Source: an uncultured Nitrososphaeria archaeon
GTDB lineage: Archaea > Thermoproteota > Nitrososphaeria_A > Caldarchaeales > Wolframiiraptoraceae
Length of the DNA stretch: 64,000 nucleotides
Reading direction: 5' to 3'
NCBI GenBank assembly: GCA_964555135.1
Contig: CAZKRR010000001.1
Span: 1,147 to 65,146 of the forward strand
The notes beneath the pieces are model-generated. The model saw nothing but the letters and a program-made list of their open reading frames with translations. It searched no databases and was not told where the DNA came from. The position numbers and the translations under genes are program-made. Below, piece by piece: positions 29,667 to 40,667 of this stretch (positions within the stretch are counted from its first letter, which is position 1; the number at the start of each line of letters is the position of its first letter).

Positions 29667-32022
29667 CGCCTCCCGTAGCTGCCTTCACTCTGATCCTCCA
29701 CATCTTATGGTAAATATATGCAATGTATGAGAGGATGATGATTGAGGTTAATTGGAAGAATTGAAGTATCGGGCTATCAATCGATGGTGTAAGAACCCAC
29801 ATTATCTCAACTACTCTGTCTCCATGAAGATCTTTTACCCCGATGGAATTCAACGCATGCCACCTAAATCCAAGCAAACCAAGGAATCCATCTGCAGGGT
29901 ATTCTTGAGGTTCAACCCTCCAAGTGACTTGAGCACCTTCTGGATATATCCCTCCACCTATGAATACCCCTCTATCCGTTCTTCCACTAAGCTGGAAGTA
30001 TCTAACTACTTTATACTCCATACGTATGGTTAATGGCTCCTCAACGTAAAATGATTTTAATCCAGGGGTAGTGTATTCTATATTACCAGCGTAGCTTTTC
30101 ATAAATAATACTGACATCATTTGGGTATCTATTTTCTCGGGAAAATAGCATGTTAAAGGTGTCCCCTCTAAAACCCATATCTCAGTTAAGTCTTCTCTTA
30201 CATTCCATTCATTTAATTCAGGTGGACCTATGCATGAAGGATACATCTCGTCCAGCAAGGGTATCGGGTATACTCTCACTAGGAAGTATCTATCTATGTA
30301 TATCTCAACGTTACCTGGAGAATTAACTTCCAGAATAATTGTTTCTCCATCTTTTACAAACTCATAGTTTAAGTCTGATTTGAAGGTTCTAAGCTCTATT
30401 TTCTCACCAATAGTTCTTGGAGATAGTAAGGTGCTTAGCTGTATTTTATACTGTGAGCCTATTGGTATCCATTCTTCTCTCAAAATTTTCTCGGTTTTGG
30501 AGTAGCTAACAAATATATTTATCCTTACTTCAACATCATAATATAATTCAATAAAGCCTGATTCACTAACAATTATACTGGCTGAATCATCATGTATTTC
30601 AAGTTTAAGATTTGACTCGAAACCAGCTGGAACAAATCTATAGTCATTTAAGGTGTATCTTCTATAGGGTATCTTAACTACTTCTCCACTCTCCACCCAA
30701 TATTCTCCCGAAGATTCATCTACACGGCTTAGAAGGTCTTGCAAAAAATATTCTTTGCTAGATAGAGTTAACGGAAGCTTTACCTTCGATACGACACTCA
30801 GTTTATTGTATTCTACGTACTTGTAAGTGATAGTATGGGGAGAATATATCTCTAGTATCCGAGTATCATTAACTATCTTCCCATCAATACTCATCCATGA
30901 CAATACATACTTTTTAGAACTAGATTGGAGTATTTTCGGAGCTGAAATCGGAAAGCTGCTTCCTCTCTTTACCCACTCGTCTTTTTCGAGTATTTTTAAG
31001 ATATCGTCACTGGGTTCTACTTTCATAGATATTAGATAGAAGGTAGAATAGCTGAACTGGATTTTTATTGTCCAGCCCGGCTCAACGTACATCTCTCTTA
31101 GATTATTTTCAGCTACATACTTCGTGTTATTTGATAGTATTACCTCATCTTCAACTACTACAAGAATTGTAGATGGTTGATAGATTAATAAGTCTACTAC
31201 ATATTCCTTGTTACTGGAGACTTTTCTCTCAATTATAGATCCTTGTGAGAGGATTAGTATCTGGACATTTACTTCAACATTAGAAGGTAGTCCATTAGCA
31301 ATTATTTTGAAAACTGTAGGTATAGTCGTTACCGTAACTCTACAAGCTTTCGAGTCTGAAATAATCCATGTACCATTGCTTGGATCAAAGTATTCGATCA
31401 TAGATGTTATCATAATATCTCTAGGCTCTGTTGGAGCGGTTATCTGCCTATAAACGGGTATAGACCCATTCCCATACAATTTGAATTCCACCATTGTTTC
31501 AACTTGATCATTTAAAAAGATCTTCACCCTTATCCGAGTCTCACTTTCTATAACATATTTAAAAGATAGGTCGAGTGGAATCTTCTCACCTATTACAATA
31601 GTTAATGGGCAAGTGTAGCTAGTAAAGTATAGCTTCGGAGGTGTGAACTCTGGCCTTACAGTTAACGTAATATTTTCTTCTTCTAGTAATGTTTTACCCA
31701 TCCAGAGACCTATTCTTATAATGTAATCTCCAATGGGAGCGTTATTGGATATCTTTATGGTTAGGTTAGAGAGGAAAGGTGTTTTTGCCTCTTGTATAGA
31801 GAATGAATAATTTATCCATTCAGGCTTTTCTAAGATAGTTAACTTAACACGTTGATTCTTGACTTCTTCACCTACGTATATTCTAACAATGCTTTCTCCT
31901 CCAGGTGTAATCTTAACTACTTCGGGTTCCACCCTAATCCACTTTACCGAGTAACCTATAGTAATGAGAGAGAATAGGATGAGTGAAGCCACAAATACAG
32001 AGAATATCAATCTTGCTCTCAT
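29647..32022 (-). CDS. Large cell-surface protein with tandem beta-rich domains
   Basis: 791 aa; signal peptide; repeated W(V/I)xxG and beta-strand modules; C-terminal TM. Confidence 0.75.
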   Translation of the reverse strand: MRARLIFSVFVASLILFSLITIGYSVKWIRVEPEVVKITPGGESIVRIYVGEEVKNQRVKLTILEKPEWINYSFSIQEAKTPFLSNLTIKISNNAPIGDYIIRIGLWMGKTLLEEENITLTVRPEFTPPKLYFTSYTCPLTIVIGEKIPLDLSFKYVIESETRIRVKIFLNDQVETMVEFKLYGNGSIPVYRQITAPTEPRDIMITSMIEYFDPSNGTWIISDSKACRVTVTTIPTVFKIIANGLPSNVEVNVQILILSQGSIIERKVSSNKEYVVDLLIYQPSTILVVVEDEVILSNNTKYVAENNLREMYVEPGWTIKIQFSYSTFYLISMKVEPSDDILKILEKDEWVKRGSSFPISAPKILQSSSKKYVLSWMSIDGKIVNDTRILEIYSPHTITYKYVEYNKLSVVSKVKLPLTLSSKEYFLQDLLSRVDESSGEYWVESGEVVKIPYRRYTLNDYRFVPAGFESNLKLEIHDDSASIIVSESGFIELYYDVEVRINIFVSYSKTEKILREEWIPIGSQYKIQLSTLLSPRTIGEKIELRTFKSDLNYEFVKDGETIILEVNSPGNVEIYIDRYFLVRVYPIPLLDEMYPSCIGPPELNEWNVREDLTEIWVLEGTPLTCYFPEKIDTQMMSVLFMKSYAGNIEYTTPGLKSFYVEEPLTIRMEYKVVRYFQLSGRTDRGVFIGGGIYPEGAQVTWRVEPQEYPADGFLGLLGFRWHALNSIGVKDLHGDRVVEIMWVLTPSIDSPILQFFQLTSIIILSYIAYIYHKMWRIRVKAATGGDEDIES

Positions 32023-32690
32023 AATCCTGGTATTTTCCTCACTTCAGTATCTAAGGCTCGATGAAAGTCTATCTGAGTATAGGAGAAAACTTCAAGTATT
32101 TTCTCTACTAGTATTTTCTTAACACTGTCCATATCAATCTTTCTTCCCAGGATTTTCTCCATCGAAGTCATAACGTCTGGGTCTAAACCACATGGATTAA
32201 TCAACTTAAAGTATTCTAAGTTTGTGTTAACATTCAATGCAAACCCATGGTAGGTTACCCACCATTTCAAAGCCAACCCTATAGACGCTATCTTCATATT
32301 ACCAACCCATACCCCTGGATAACGTTCTATCCTACCAGCTTCTATACTGAATTCTTTAAGAGTTCTTATCAAAGCTTCTTCAATGCTCCAAACAAAATCT
32401 CTTATCGAATTATTAACTAAGTTTAAATCTACAATGAAGTATCCTACAAGTTGTCCAGGTCCATGATACGTTGCTTCCCCACCCCTCTCCACATGATAGA
32501 CTGGGACACCCTCGACTCCTAGTTTAAATTCCTTCATTCTTCTTCCAAGAGTAACAACATGGGGATGCTCAAGTATTAGAAGTGTATCTGGGATCTTCCC
32601 GTTTATTCTTTCTTCAACTAGTGATAATTGTAGATTATGAGCTTTTTCATACTCTATTAATCCAAGGTCTAGTACCCGCAGTGTTCTCAA
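32019..32690 (-). CDS. lipB: Octanoyltransferase LipB
   Basis: LEHPHVVTLGR, RGGEATYHGPGQL, KIASIG, HGFALN and NPCG motifs. Confidence 0.95.
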   Translation of the reverse strand: MRTLRVLDLGLIEYEKAHNLQLSLVEERINGKIPDTLLILEHPHVVTLGRRMKEFKLGVEGVPVYHVERGGEATYHGPGQLVGYFIVDLNLVNNSIRDFVWSIEEALIRTLKEFSIEAGRIERYPGVWVGNMKIASIGLALKWWVTYHGFALNVNTNLEYFKLINPCGLDPDVMTSMEKILGRKIDMDSVKKILVEKILEVFSYTQIDFHRALDTEVRKIPGL

Positions 32691-32692
32691 GT

Positions 32693-34087
32693 CTACTTCA
32701 CCAGCATATGGATTGGCTTAAAGATTACTGCTTCAGAGACTTCACTATATAGTTCACTATGTGTTGGATGTGGATGTATTGTATCAGCTATCTCCTCCAC
32801 TGTCAACCTATTCTTAACTACTAAAGCTGCTTCTCCAATAATCTCAGTAGCTCCACTCCCAACTATCTGGATACCCAGGACTATTCCTGATACTTCATCT
32901 GAGATAATCCTGATGAAGCCTTCAGTTTCTTCTTCTGCAATAGCTCTTCCAAGCGAAGAATATGGGAACCTTGTAACCTTAACCTTATAATTGCTTTTTT
33001 CTGCTTCATCCCTAGTTAATCCCACAGTCGCTATCTCAGGATCTGTAAATATTGCAGAAGGTACAGCCATAGGATCGAATATCTTCTTCTTACCACATAT
33101 ATTGTCTGCAGCAACTATACCTTGCTTAGAAGCTTTATGAGCCAAGAAGGGTGGTCCAGTTACGTCTCCTACAGCATACACATTCTCCAAGCTAGTCCTA
33201 CAATACTCGTTTATCTTTACAAACCCTTTATCATTCAATTCTATACCTACTTCATCTATTCCTAGATCTTTTACTGAAGGTCTCTTACCGACTGCAACGA
33301 GAGCATAGTCTACGGTATTTTCAATTGTTTCAGTAGGAGTCTCTATTGTAGCTTTTACTTTACCATTTCCAACTTCTGTAGATATTACGCGGGATGAAAG
33401 ATATATCTCTACACCAATCTGCTTCAACTTTCTCTCTATAAGTTTAGCGATATCTTTATCCATTCCAGGTAGTAGCTGATCCATTATCTCGACTATCGTC
33501 ACTCTACTGCCTATTTTTGCGTAGACTGTTCCTAACTCTAACCCAATTGCTCCTCCACCAACTACTAATAAGCTTGAAGGGATCTCAGATAACTCTAATG
33601 CTTCTCTAGCACCTATAATTCTTCTTCCATCGTATGGGATCGATCGTAAATATACAGGTAGAGCACCTGAAGCAATTACAATATTTTCCCCATAGACATC
33701 TTTAGAGAGACCGCTTTTCTCTTCTATCTTAATCTCTAAGTTATGTTTAATCTGCGCTTTTCCGTAGTATACTTTTACATTATATCCTTTTAAGAGAAAT
33801 TCAACCCCATCTCTAATCTTACTGACGAGTTTTCTCCTCTTATCCTGTAGTGCACCCCAATCAAATTCTCCATTCTTTAATAAACCTGACTTAGAAAGTT
33901 TATAGAATTTTTTAACATTCTCTATCAGTATCTTCGAAGGTATACATCCATAGTTCAAGCATTCTCCTCCCAAAGATTCTCTCTCAATCAATGCCGTTTT
34001 CTTACCATGTTGGGAAAGCCTTATCGCAGCAACATATCCTCCAGGCCCTCCGCCTATTACTACCGCATCAAACTTCTCAGAAGGCAT
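32693..34087 (-). CDS. lpdA: Dihydrolipoyl dehydrogenase
   Basis: GGGPGGYVAA, GGECLNYGCIPSK, GGGAIGLE and HPHPTHSE motifs. Confidence 0.95.
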   Translation of the reverse strand: MPSEKFDAVVIGGGPGGYVAAIRLSQHGKKTALIERESLGGECLNYGCIPSKILIENVKKFYKLSKSGLLKNGEFDWGALQDKRRKLVSKIRDGVEFLLKGYNVKVYYGKAQIKHNLEIKIEEKSGLSKDVYGENIVIASGALPVYLRSIPYDGRRIIGAREALELSEIPSSLLVVGGGAIGLELGTVYAKIGSRVTIVEIMDQLLPGMDKDIAKLIERKLKQIGVEIYLSSRVISTEVGNGKVKATIETPTETIENTVDYALVAVGKRPSVKDLGIDEVGIELNDKGFVKINEYCRTSLENVYAVGDVTGPPFLAHKASKQGIVAADNICGKKKIFDPMAVPSAIFTDPEIATVGLTRDEAEKSNYKVKVTRFPYSSLGRAIAEEETEGFIRIISDEVSGIVLGIQIVGSGATEIIGEAALVVKNRLTVEEIADTIHPHPTHSELYSEVSEAVIFKPIHMLVK

Positions 34088-34102
34088 ATTTTCAACCCCA
34101 CC

Positions 34103-34993
34103 CTACACATGTCTACCTATTAAAGTTCTCAGATAAAATTCTCCTGCGAGGTATGAGCTTCTCACAAGAGGGCCTGAGGCAACATATAAAAATCCCAAGG
34201 CTTCACCTCTTCTTTTAAGTTCTTCGAATATCTCAGGTGGAATATACTCTTTGACTGGGAGATGCCTCTTAGTAGGTCTAAGGTATTGTCCAAGTGTAAG
34301 AAAGTCTACTCCAATTCTCCTTAAATCGATCATTGACTGGATCACCTCCTCTACTGTTTCTCCTAAGCCAAGCATTATAGAAGATTTTGTGTATATTCTT
34401 GGGTTTAGTTCTTTTATGATCTTTAAAGTTTTTAGAGATTTCTTGTATCCAGCTCTAACATCTCTAACTAGTGGCGTAAGCCTCTCTACTGTCTCTATGT
34501 TGTGACCTATAACATCCGGCATTGAATCTACAATCGTTCTTAATGCTTTAACATTATTATTGAAGTCGGGGATAATCAATTCTATTAAAGTGTTTTTACT
34601 TCTCTTTCTTATCTCTCTTACAGTCTCAGCATATATTGATGCGCCACCATCCCTTAGGTCGTCCCTGGTTACCGAGGTTAGAACAACGTATCGTAACCCT
34701 AGTTCTTTGACTGCTTCAGCAACTCTCTTAGGCTCTTCTAAGTCTACTATACCTCCCGCTTTCCCAGACTTAACTGCACAGAATCTACATGACCTAGTAC
34801 ATGTATCTCCTAGTATCATTATCGTTGTATTGAGATGGCTCCAGCATTCAGAAATATTGGGGCATAAAGCCTCTTCACATACTGTATGTAGCCTATACTT
34901 TCTCATAATGGTGTTAACCATACTATATTCTTGGCTGGCTGGGAGCCTAACTCTAATCCAGCTTGGTTTACGTAGGTAATCCATCTCCGTCAT
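34103..34993 (-). CDS. lipA: Lipoyl synthase
   Basis: CEEALCPNISEC, CTRSCRFC, GQYLRP and RSSY motifs. Confidence 0.97.
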   Translation of the reverse strand: MTEMDYLRKPSWIRVRLPASQEYSMVNTIMRKYRLHTVCEEALCPNISECWSHLNTTIMILGDTCTRSCRFCAVKSGKAGGIVDLEEPKRVAEAVKELGLRYVVLTSVTRDDLRDGGASIYAETVREIRKRSKNTLIELIIPDFNNNVKALRTIVDSMPDVIGHNIETVERLTPLVRDVRAGYKKSLKTLKIIKELNPRIYTKSSIMLGLGETVEEVIQSMIDLRRIGVDFLTLGQYLRPTKRHLPVKEYIPPEIFEELKRRGEALGFLYVASGPLVRSSYLAGEFYLRTLIGRHV

Positions 34994-35119
34994 TGTAGAA
35001 CTCTTTACAATATAAAATATTTCTACAACTACTATTAATTCATGAATTTTTCTAGAGTCTTGGGATAGAGAATAGTTAAGAGCTGACTATACTATTAATT
35101 ATATAAGGTGTTTTAGTAT

Positions 35120-35669
<550 letters not shown>

Positions 35670-35677
<8 letters not shown>

Positions 35678-35972
35678 GATAGATGTAAACAAGATAATTA
35701 AAGGTGAGTTTTCATGGAAGACTCTACCTCCAGCAGCAATGGTTAAGGTTCCTACATCCCTAGAATATAAGACTGGAGTTTGGAGAATTGAGAAACCCAT
35801 TATAGACCAGTCTAAATGTACAAAGTGTCTTCTCTGTTGGATATATTGTCCAGATATGGCTGTTAAAAGGATAGATGGTGGAAGTGTAGAGATAGATTAT
35901 GAATTCTGTAAAGGCTGTGGGATATGCGCTGAAGTCTGCCCGCCTAAAGCAATAAAGATGGTGGAGGAGTAA
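35670..35972 (+). CDS. porD: POR delta subunit (2x[4Fe-4S])
   Basis: KTGVWR..P, CTKCLLCWIYCP and CKGCGICAEVCP motifs. Confidence 0.95.
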
Positions 35973-35975
35973 GAT

Positions 35976-37169
35976 ATGAGTGAACTAAAACAGGTTAGAA
36001 AGATAGCTTTAACAGGCGATGAAGCAGTAGCATACGCTGCTAAACAAGCCGATGTTGATGTTATTGCAGCTTATCCAATAACGCCTCAGACAATAATAGT
36101 CGAGAGGCTAAGTAAATATGTCGCAGATGGTGAGTTAAACGCTGCCTTCATACAGGCTGAGAGTGAGCATTCAGCTATATCTATATGCCTCGGTGCTGCA
36201 CTTGCTGGAGCTAGAACTTTTACCTCAACTGCTAGTCAGGGGCTTGCATTGATGCATGAAGTACTACATATAGCTTCTTCTATGCGCGCACCCATAGTTA
36301 TGGCTATAGCTAATCGTGCGCTCAATTCTCCTCTAAACATACATTGCGACCATTCAGATGTAATGAATGCAAGAGATACTGGTTGGGTTCACTTATTCGC
36401 AAATAATGTTCAGCAAGCCTACGACCTTACATTAATGGCGTTTAAGATTGCTGAGGATCCTGAACTTCTTCTACCAGTCTCTGTAAACTTGGATGGATTC
36501 ATTTTAACACATAGTGTTGAACCTCTAGAAGTATTATCCGATGAAGATATACAACGGTACATCCCCCATATACCATACCCGTATAGAATAGATTTTGATA
36601 GACCACTAGCATATGGAGTGATGGCTCTACCAGATACATACATGGAATTTAGAAGACAATTATATGAAGTAATTGCCAAGGCTTATGAGGTATTTAGGGA
36701 TGCATCTGAATCTTTCTCAAATATCTCTGGAAGATTATACAACCTGATAACTCCATACTTTGTAGAAGATGCTGAGATCATAGTTGTAGCATTGGGGTCA
36801 ACCGTCGAGACTTTAAGATATATTGCTAGGAAATTTAGAGAAAGGAATGTCAAGATCGGTGTAGTTGGGTTAACCATGTATAGACCTTTCCCTGAGAAAG
36901 AAATTGCAAACACTTTGGCGAATGCTAAATGTGTGGCAGTAATGGATAGGGCATACTCATATGGAGGGGTTGGAGGGCCATTATATACAGATATACTCTC
37001 AACTCTATACAAAAATGGAATTAGAACGATGGTCGCAGACTTCGTCTACGGACTTGGTGGAAGAGACTTTAAGCTTATGGATGCTGAAGAGCTATTCAAT
37101 AAACTGGTCAAGTCGGTAGAGGTGGGCAGATTTGGCCAAGATATCTATTGGTGGGGGGTGAGAGAATAG
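35976..37169 (+). CDS. porA: POR alpha subunit
   Basis: AYPITPQT, ESEHSA, TASQGL and NIHCDHSD motifs. Confidence 0.95.
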   Translation: MSELKQVRKIALTGDEAVAYAAKQADVDVIAAYPITPQTIIVERLSKYVADGELNAAFIQAESEHSAISICLGAALAGARTFTSTASQGLALMHEVLHIASSMRAPIVMAIANRALNSPLNIHCDHSDVMNARDTGWVHLFANNVQQAYDLTLMAFKIAEDPELLLPVSVNLDGFILTHSVEPLEVLSDEDIQRYIPHIPYPYRIDFDRPLAYGVMALPDTYMEFRRQLYEVIAKAYEVFRDASESFSNISGRLYNLITPYFVEDAEIIVVALGSTVETLRYIARKFRERNVKIGVVGLTMYRPFPEKEIANTLANAKCVAVMDRAYSYGGVGGPLYTDILSTLYKNGIRTMVADFVYGLGGRDFKLMDAEELFNKLVKSVEVGRFGQDIYWWGVRE

Positions 37170-37170
37170 T

Positions 37171-38118
37171 ATGGAGTCAGCCCAGAAATATTTTAGGACA
37201 ATAAGAGATGTACCTACTGAAGATTATTTTGCACCAGGTCATAGGCTATGTGCAGGATGCGGCCCTTCATTAGCTATGAAGCTTTCTATGAAAGCTATTA
37301 GGATGCCTACTTTAGTCGTTAATGCTACTGGATGCGTCGAGGTTTCAACATCTCTGTTTCCATATGTTAGCTGGAGGCTTCCATGGATTCACGTTGCATT
37401 TGAAAATACAGCTGCTGTTGCAAGTGGTATAAGTGAGGCCTTTAAAATACTAGAGAAGAAGGGACGTGGAAAGATGCATGACGTTATAGCTATAGCCGGG
37501 GATGGTGGAACATTCGATATAGGATTACAAGCACTTTCAGGAGCACTTGAAAGAAATCATAAAATGCTATACATATGCTATGATAACGAAGCCTACATGA
37601 ATACTGGGATACAGAGGTCTGGAGCAACACCTGTAGGTGCGGCGACAACGACTAGCCCGGCAGGTAAAGTAGTACCGGGAAAACAGGAGAGGAAGAAAGA
37701 CTTAATTGGTATAGTGGCGGCTCATAGAATACCTTATGCTGCAACCGCATCAATATCTCATCCACTCGATTTCATTAATAAGGTTAGGAAAGCCCTAGAA
37801 ATAGATGGGCCTACATTCATCCATGTCTTAACCCCCTGTACTCTGGGTTGGAGGTACCCATCATCTCAAACCATAAAGATAGCAAGATTAGCTGTTGAAA
37901 CAAGATACTTCCCAATAATCGAGGTAGAAAATGGTAGAGTTAGAATAAACATTAAAGTAACTAGACCTAAACCTCTTGAAGAATTCTTAGAGGCTCAAGG
38001 AAGATTCAGACACCTCTTTGAACCAGAAAATAAACACATTCTTGAGATACTTAAGCATCAGGTAGAAGAAAACTGGAATAGACTTTTAAAACTCGAGGAA
38101 ATAGGACTATACGCTTAA
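37171..38118 (+). CDS. porB: POR beta subunit
   Basis: GHRLCAGC and GDGG..DIG..DNEAYMNTGIQRS (TPP-binding) motifs. Confidence 0.95.
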   Translation: MESAQKYFRTIRDVPTEDYFAPGHRLCAGCGPSLAMKLSMKAIRMPTLVVNATGCVEVSTSLFPYVSWRLPWIHVAFENTAAVASGISEAFKILEKKGRGKMHDVIAIAGDGGTFDIGLQALSGALERNHKMLYICYDNEAYMNTGIQRSGATPVGAATTTSPAGKVVPGKQERKKDLIGIVAAHRIPYAATASISHPLDFINKVRKALEIDGPTFIHVLTPCTLGWRYPSSQTIKIARLAVETRYFPIIEVENGRVRINIKVTRPKPLEEFLEAQGRFRHLFEPENKHILEILKHQVEENWNRLLKLEEIGLYA

Positions 38119-38154
38119 CCTCAATAATATTCACTTTTTCTTTAATCTAGGTAT

Positions 38155-39135
38155 CTAGACTATGTTTACTCCCGTAGCAGCCTGAATCCTATGTAGGATA
38201 GAACTGGTTAACTTGTCTTCTAACCTAGACCTTATAACGCTTAAAGATATGAGTATATCGTTTATCCTTTTGATTACTCTTTGAGGATAAGGTATAGACT
38301 TAAATTCTATGCATAGCTTCTCTAAGTCTCTAGATGTTAAGGACTTGTTGTAGAATGCGTAAAGGATTGCTGATAATTGATTCAAGCTAGACTTATAGCA
38401 TGTATCATGTGAAGAGTAATTGTATAGGCATTTATTACAATTAGATGCTAGTAATTCCCTCATAGGTCCTCTACTACTTATTCTTACATGTTTTGCAACT
38501 CTAACATAGTTTTCCTTCTTTAATCTTGATAATGCTTTATACAGTGTATTAATACTAACTCCTTCTCTAATAAATCTCGTAGAGAGTTCTTCCACTGTTA
38601 ATTCACCATGAACACACAGGTAGTCAATGATTTTCTGCAGTAAGACTGGAGGTATCCTTGACAATTGCTGGTCTAGTTTTGACAAGAGTAGTTCCAAGAG
38701 CCTACTGTATTCTTGCGTAGAATTGATGTTAACCTTGCTTAAGCATTTGTCTAACTCGATATTGAATTCTTTGAATAATGTTAATTTAAGAGATTCTGGG
38801 TCAGATGTTTTCAGAAGTGAATTTATGAGGGCCCACAGAAGATAGACTTCTTCATTCTTCCATGAAATTCTAATAATCCATAAAAACTTTGTTAACGCAT
38901 TAATCATAGACAATCTGTCAATAATGTATAAATCTTGACGTAACTTCCTCACATAATTCTTATACGATAGTTCTTCAAGTAAACGCATGCTCCTACTATT
39001 CTTTGCTACTATTATAAGGTCTTGTCCATCGGTTTTCTCAATAATACATAATGGCGGCAAGTTGACGAAGTTATCTTCTGTAAATTCGCTCGGTGTAAAT
39101 TGTGTCATTAGACTGAGTAATTCATCGGTAGACAT
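38155..39135 (-). CDS. Hypothetical protein with central winged-HTH and Cys/His cluster; putative regulator
   Basis: LQKIIDYL..HGELTVEELS....GVSINTLYKALSRL...YV followed by CNKC..HDTC; likely ATG at 39135. Confidence 0.6.
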   Translation of the reverse strand: MSTDELLSLMTQFTPSEFTEDNFVNLPPLCIIEKTDGQDLIIVAKNSRSMRLLEELSYKNYVRKLRQDLYIIDRLSMINALTKFLWIIRISWKNEEVYLLWALINSLLKTSDPESLKLTLFKEFNIELDKCLSKVNINSTQEYSRLLELLLSKLDQQLSRIPPVLLQKIIDYLCVHGELTVEELSTRFIREGVSINTLYKALSRLKKENYVRVAKHVRISSRGPMRELLASNCNKCLYNYSSHDTCYKSSLNQLSAILYAFYNKSLTSRDLEKLCIEFKSIPYPQRVIKRINDILISLSVIRSRLEDKLTSSILHRIQAATGVNIV

Positions 39136-39232
39136 GGTCTCAGGAAAATATTGGAAAAAGGCAAATATTAGATTTTCCTTAAATAAAGCCACAACCACAT
39201 ACATGCCGTAAGTACTTGGCTGGGGGTTCTAG

Positions 39233-39517
39233 ATGTCTTTAAAACTTGTAAGAGAACCCATAAATAAGCATTTACAGAAAGTCCCTCTAGGAATTGTTCA
39301 CGTGATTCCTGAAAGATGCAAGGAATGTGGGTTCTGTATCGATTTATGCCCCAAAGACGTGCTAACGGTTGGTGAAGAGAGGAATATAAAAGGTTATCGA
39401 TGGCCAAAGATAGCAGACGGTAAAGCAATGGAATGTATTGCTTGCAAGATGTGTGAATGGATATGTCCTGAGTTCGCTATATTTGTAGTAGAAGTCGACA
39501 GGAGGGAATATGTCTAA
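39233..39517 (+). CDS. korD: 2-oxoacid:ferredoxin oxidoreductase delta subunit (ferredoxin)
   Basis: CKECGFCIDLCP and CIACKMCEWICPEFAI motifs. Confidence 0.9.
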   Translation: MSLKLVREPINKHLQKVPLGIVHVIPERCKECGFCIDLCPKDVLTVGEERNIKGYRWPKIADGKAMECIACKMCEWICPEFAIFVVEVDRREYV

Positions 39518-40662
39518 TGTCTGGAGAACTTAAACTGCTCAAACCTGGAACATACTTCATGATGGGAAACATTGCTTGTGCTGAAGCAGCATTAATAGCT
39601 GGATGTGAATTCTATGCAGGATACCCCATAACCCCATCCAATGAGATTGCCGAGCATATGAGTAGAAGAATGCCTCAGCTTGGAAGACACTTCATACAGA
39701 TGGAAGATGAGATAGGTAGTATAGTAGCAGTATGTGGAGCTTCTGCTGCAGGTGTAAAAGCTATGACCGCTACGTCTGGGCCTGGCTTCTCACTTATGAT
39801 GGAGACGATTGGCCTCTCAGCGATGCTCGAGCTTCCGTGTGTTATAGTTAATGTTCAGAGAGCTGGTCCAAGCACGGGTATTCCAACCTTTGTTGGGCAG
39901 GGTGATCTAATGCAGGCTAGATGGGGCTCACATGGAGATTATGAACTAGTAGTTTACGCACCCTCAACAGTTCAAGAATTTTTCGACCTAACAATAGAAG
40001 CTTTCAATACATCTGAATGGTTACGTATACCCGTAATAGTATTGTCCGATGAAGTGGTAGGGCACATGTATGGAAGACTGCAAGTTCCAGAGTACGATAA
40101 GATAAAAATTATTAACAGAAAACGATATAGCGGACCTAGAGAAGAATATCTTCCCTATAGTTCTGAAACACTCGTACCCCTTTTTGTAGCAGCTGGAGAT
40201 GGGTACAGAATACATATGACAGGCTTAACACATGATGAAAGAGGATATCCATCCCTGGAGATTGAAGACTCCCATAAGCTTATTGAGAGGCTTGTTATGA
40301 AAGTTAGGAAGAACGCTAAGAATTTGTGGAAATATGAAACATTGTATATAGATGATGCAGATGTTGTCGTTGTAACCTTTGGTATTACAGCGAGGTCTAC
40401 GGAGGAAGCAGTGAAGAGAGCGAGAAATGAAGGCTTAAAGGTTGGAATGATAAAATTGGTTACTCTATGGCCTTTCCCGGAAGACCCAGTCAGGGTTGCT
40501 AGCCAGTATGCTAGGAGAATGCTTGTAGCGGAGATCAACACGGGTCAGCTGATCCATCCTGTAAGAGAAGTTGCAGAATGCCCCGTAGCTGGAATAAATT
40601 ATCCGGTAGGTTACGTACCCCCACCTGAGTATATTCTTGATGGTATTAGAGCGGCGGTGTAG
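39517..40662 (+). CDS. korA: 2-oxoglutarate-type oxidoreductase alpha subunit
   Basis: GYPITPS, QMEDE, TSGPGFSL and QRAGPSTG motifs. Confidence 0.92.
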   Translation: MSGELKLLKPGTYFMMGNIACAEAALIAGCEFYAGYPITPSNEIAEHMSRRMPQLGRHFIQMEDEIGSIVAVCGASAAGVKAMTATSGPGFSLMMETIGLSAMLELPCVIVNVQRAGPSTGIPTFVGQGDLMQARWGSHGDYELVVYAPSTVQEFFDLTIEAFNTSEWLRIPVIVLSDEVVGHMYGRLQVPEYDKIKIINRKRYSGPREEYLPYSSETLVPLFVAAGDGYRIHMTGLTHDERGYPSLEIEDSHKLIERLVMKVRKNAKNLWKYETLYIDDADVVVVTFGITARSTEEAVKRARNEGLKVGMIKLVTLWPFPEDPVRVASQYARRMLVAEINTGQLIHPVREVAECPVAGINYPVGYVPPPEYILDGIRAAV

Positions 40663-40667
40663 GATAC

